Source: Phyllosticta citribraziliensis
Taxonomy: Eukaryota
Length of the DNA: 64,000 nucleotides
Assembly (NCBI RefSeq): GCF_038025025.1
Contig: NW_027117345.1
Location: 186,001 to 250,000 of the forward strand
Direction of reading: 5' to 3'
Positions within the stretch are counted from its first letter, which is position 1, and each line of letters begins with the position of its first letter. The position numbers were made by a program, and so were the translations under genes. The notes beneath the pieces were generated by a model, which saw only the letters and a program-made list of their open reading frames with translations, did no database searches and had not been told where the DNA came from. Positions 60,772 through 64,000 of the stretch are shown piece by piece.

Positions 60772-61718
60772 TCCTCCATCGGGGTGTCGACCTTCTTGTT
60801 CGCATCCAAGTATGCGGCCAGGTCCTTGACGATCTTCTTGAGGTCAGTCAGCGTAAGCCAGGGCTGCTTGCTGGTCCTCGGCGCCTCCAGACGCGCCTTG
60901 ACCTGCTCGGTCATCCACTCCAAGCCAACGTGACGAGCGTCGCGGGTCATGTAGGAAAGCATCAGCAGGTGGTACGTGAAGGAGACGGTCCAGTCCATCG
61001 GGCCGCGGTAGTCGTCAACGGAGCGTCCACCCGTATCGAATTCGCTGCCATCGTGTCGGTTGTAGTGCAGAAGGCGGACGTGGTCTTCGCCCTTCTGCTC
61101 GGCGATGGGCTCGCGCAGGTGCACCGGGATGGCGTCGTGGATATAGCAGCCCCAGTTCTTCTCGATGGCGTTGACCCACGCCTCCCACCACTCCTGCTCG
61201 ACCAGTCCCATGGCCTCGTCGTACTGCTCTTTGGTGGTGAAGTCTGCCCTCTTGGGCCACAGCGGCTGGCTCTCGAGCATCTCCTTGCTCCAACGGCTCC
61301 AGCTTGTCTGCTGTGGAATCGCGAGCTGGTACTGTCCGCTTGAATGCTCCACAGAGCCCGACCGTCGCATGACCTCCGCCGCGAGCTTCTCCGCCAAGAC
61401 AACGTCCTCCAAGATCAGCCCCGGCACTCCCTTATCCTTCCCCTTCACGAAGCGCTTGATGACAGCAGACGTCAGGCAGTTGAGAACGGCGCGCTCGCCG
61501 CGCTCGGTAGGGTAGCGGGTGCAAAGCGACTTGAGCTGGCGGAGAAAAGCCAGCGCGCACTCCGAGAGAGACGTCGTCTCGTATTCCGCTCCGATTGCCA
61601 CTTCGATGGTGGCGTCCTGCTGGGCTCTAGCGGGGCGGAGGTGGGCGAAATCCGGCTTGCTGAGGAAACTGTTTTCGAATTGGCGGGCCCATTCGCGGAT
61701 GGCAGCCTCGCGGGCCAT
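60768..61718 (-). CDS. Intronless hypothetical protein (316 aa), possibly gag-derived
   Basis: Uninterrupted ATG-TGA ORF with coding-like GC3 and helical composition. It lies directly upstream of a pol-like remnant on the same strand. Confidence 0.6.
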   Translation of the reverse strand: MAREAAIREWARQFENSFLSKPDFAHLRPARAQQDATIEVAIGAEYETTSLSECALAFLRQLKSLCTRYPTERGERAVLNCLTSAVIKRFVKGKDKGVPGLILEDVVLAEKLAAEVMRRSGSVEHSSGQYQLAIPQQTSWSRWSKEMLESQPLWPKRADFTTKEQYDEAMGLVEQEWWEAWVNAIEKNWGCYIHDAIPVHLREPIAEQKGEDHVRLLHYNRHDGSEFDTGGRSVDDYRGPMDWTVSFTYHLLMLSYMTRDARHVGLEWMTEQVKARLEAPRTSKQPWLTLTDLKKIVKDLAAYLDANKKVDTPMED

Positions 61719-63826
61719 GTTGGCGAGATCAAAGGTTGAGAGAACGTGAGGGTAGGTGTGAGATGGCGAAGACGAGAAGTTCGAGGGACGAAGGTGGTCT
61801 TTGAAGCTGCTTCTGGGTCAGATGTTGTCAAGATCATGGTTCTCAGTGAGCCACTCACAAAGTTGGAGAGGTAAGACGATTTCCGACGTCCTCGTCTAGT
61901 GTTTGGAGACGCGCTCAAGCGCGGATCATATTCCGAAGGTTGGGAAGATGAGATGGAGAGAACGAGGTTATTGGTGGACGGGGCAGCGAGCTGGCCAAAG
62001 AGAGCGCAGCAGGTTGCCGCAGTGGAGGCGTTGGAAGGCCACTCAGATCGTGAGGTTGTGGTCAGGATGCTGGGTTGGAGGAGTGGCAGAGAGATGGAGA
62101 GGTCAAGCTCACCAGGTCGAGAATTTTTGAAGATACTGATGCGTAGCCAAGCGCAGAAGTCGAGGCAGGAGCGCCGCTTCGGGTGAGCAACTCAGTCCAT
62201 TTTTGGCCCGAACTGAACTGAACTGAATTTGACACAAAAAGTGTTAAATACGAGCCGAGGTGTTAAAGTTGACCACTCTGAAATAGTTTGACGCCTCCCT
62301 CTTCTTGCTCCATTTTGACCAAGTTTGACTGCTGAAATGGGCTAATGCAATGTGCTTGAAGATGAGTTGGCCGTTGCCAGAGATGGCCTTCCTTACTCCA
62401 TACCGACGTTTTTGGAACAACATCGTCAACGAGAAGCCCGCAGCCGCGCACTTTCTTCCTGAGTGGGATGAATACGGCTACTGCATCCTCGCTGCTGGAG
62501 TAAAAAGAAATGTCCAGGATTCGATATGTCCTTCCCTGAGCCTAGTGGCATTCGAATACCCCTGAAAAGTATTTGACCCGAACATATTAACAATTCCAAG
62601 CAAAACTTAGGTCAGATGCATTAAAGTCTCACAGCTCCAAGAGATAGACAAGCTCCTGGCCTAGGAAAAGAATGGCCGCGAAAAGGCGAAGTGTTGATCC
62701 TCGGTGGAGGCGATCGAGCCAATTTTGCCATCACCATCACTTCAAAGATTTAAGCGACAATGCTGTCGTTAAACCATAGTTTCTCTGTCAGCCAGATATT
62801 TACATATTGGAAATCGTGTTGTTGTCTTTTCGTGTGTCGTAAGGTCATGTAGAGTTGAGATAATGCACAGTGGACGTTTTCCGTCGACCCCTGGAACGTC
62901 TGAATGCTCGCTTTTTCCTTTTCACGTGTATTGTGAAGGTCAAAAAGGACGACAGACTGGGCACAAGGGTTTCCGGTTTTAATGGCATGGATTGAAAGAA
63001 CCGACAGTGTTGTAATGAAGATCGCGAAGTAACCGCGATCAGACTACCTGCGGCCGTACTGCGCGACATTTCTCTAGTACCAAAGGTTCTGGAGCAGCGC
63101 ATGAGCATGAATGCTCGTCGTCGTCCAAAACCCATCAATTAGCCCGATTTCGAGCTTATTCGCTTTTTGGCGACGGGATACGGTCGTTATTAGTGGAATC
63201 GTTGATCATTGCTGTCTATTTAAGCTGTTGGCGACCTTTATTGGGTTGTGTATGAGAGAGGGATGATTACCATCTAATTGGCATCTGGTGCAATGGCCCT
63301 CAGAAGACTAAACACCGTTTTTGTCAGGGATCAGGATATCTCGTTGCATGGCTGGTGAGGAAACAGTTGCCGTGCATGAGTGTAAGACTTGTCCTGCCAT
63401 CCAGATCTAAAGAAGCACAAATTCAGCAAATTGATCACATCAAAGGATGGTTGCAGTTGCGCCCACAATTTATGAGATGCTTCGTTTTGGCTATTTGAGC
63501 CCAAAATTAGGCAAAATGCGTTGAAATTGAGCACTGGGGAGTGGAGCTGGCTGAACGATGACCAAACCTGGGAATGTCGGTCATCTGGGTGCTCGCCTTC
63601 CTCAATGCGTTCGTCCAAATTTCTTCCTCTTTGCTTCCGTCGAATCCTTTCTCACTCTGCACCGCCGTCGACCTCTCCACCTCGCCGTTTCCAGTCGTGA
63701 TATTGCCGCCGTGGCCTTCTCGTTGTTGGGGTCCTGGTTTTCAGGCCCCCTTCTGGCATATCATAACGCACCTTCAACTCCCGTTATGAAAGCCTCTACT
63801 CTTGTCTCTAGCCTTTTCAGAGTACC

Positions 63827-64000
63827 ATGGCGGGACCACCACCTCCTCTCAACGGCAACCAAGGAAACAACCCCGGCCAGTCTCAAAACAACATGTATTA
63901 GCTTCCGCCGCGACCACCGCCGCCATATTCTCGCCAAAATCAAAACAATTGGCCTCGGATTCCACCTCCACCGCCGCCCTCCCCTTAACAAAACCCAACT
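63827..64000 (+). pseudogene. Pro/Asn/Gln-rich reading frame broken by in-frame stops; runs off the window
   Basis: accATGG start, then MAGPPPPLNGNQGNNPGQSQNNMY*LPPRPPPPYSRQNQNNWPRIPPPPPPSP*QNPT. Stops are TAG at 63899 and TAA at 63986. Confidence 0.5.

Noticed and set aside
1..64000. tRNA, 5S or other rRNA genes
   Set aside because: I noticed no cloverleaf or T-loop signature and no rRNA sequence by eye. tRNAscan-SE or cmscan would be needed to exclude them.

Overview
This window is eukaryotic DNA from a filamentous ascomycete, probably Dothideomycete-like (an inference from short GT..CTRAY..YAG introns, GC-rich codons and microsatellite-rich intergenic DNA). I built about 18 gene models by hand from splice signals. 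They include KAP123-like importin, a DUF2433 metallophosphoesterase-like protein, NPC1/NCR1, a GPI-type cell-wall protein and a large coiled-coil protein. Also present are mitoribosomal bL33m (only partly visible in the ORF track), ATG12, panB/ECM31, UBC8, a lone DUF3328/UstYa-type oxidase, a YANK/STK32 kinase, a DOA4-like deubiquitinase head-to-head with VPS27, an SDR and DBF4/nimO. The last ~4 kb looks accessory, with a decayed Ty3/gypsy-like remnant and a probable RIP-damaged pseudogene. The most notable hidden signals are: (1) UBC8 needs a single-nucleotide exon, plus 3-nt and 8-nt micro-exons, to rebuild the conserved protein; (2) an unannotated box C/D snoRNA (snR71/U29-like, with a second guide I cannot assign) lies in the long KAP123 intron; (3) an intact ORF sits upstream of a broken retroelement pol fragment. 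Gene identities rest on motifs I recognise; no database searches were run.
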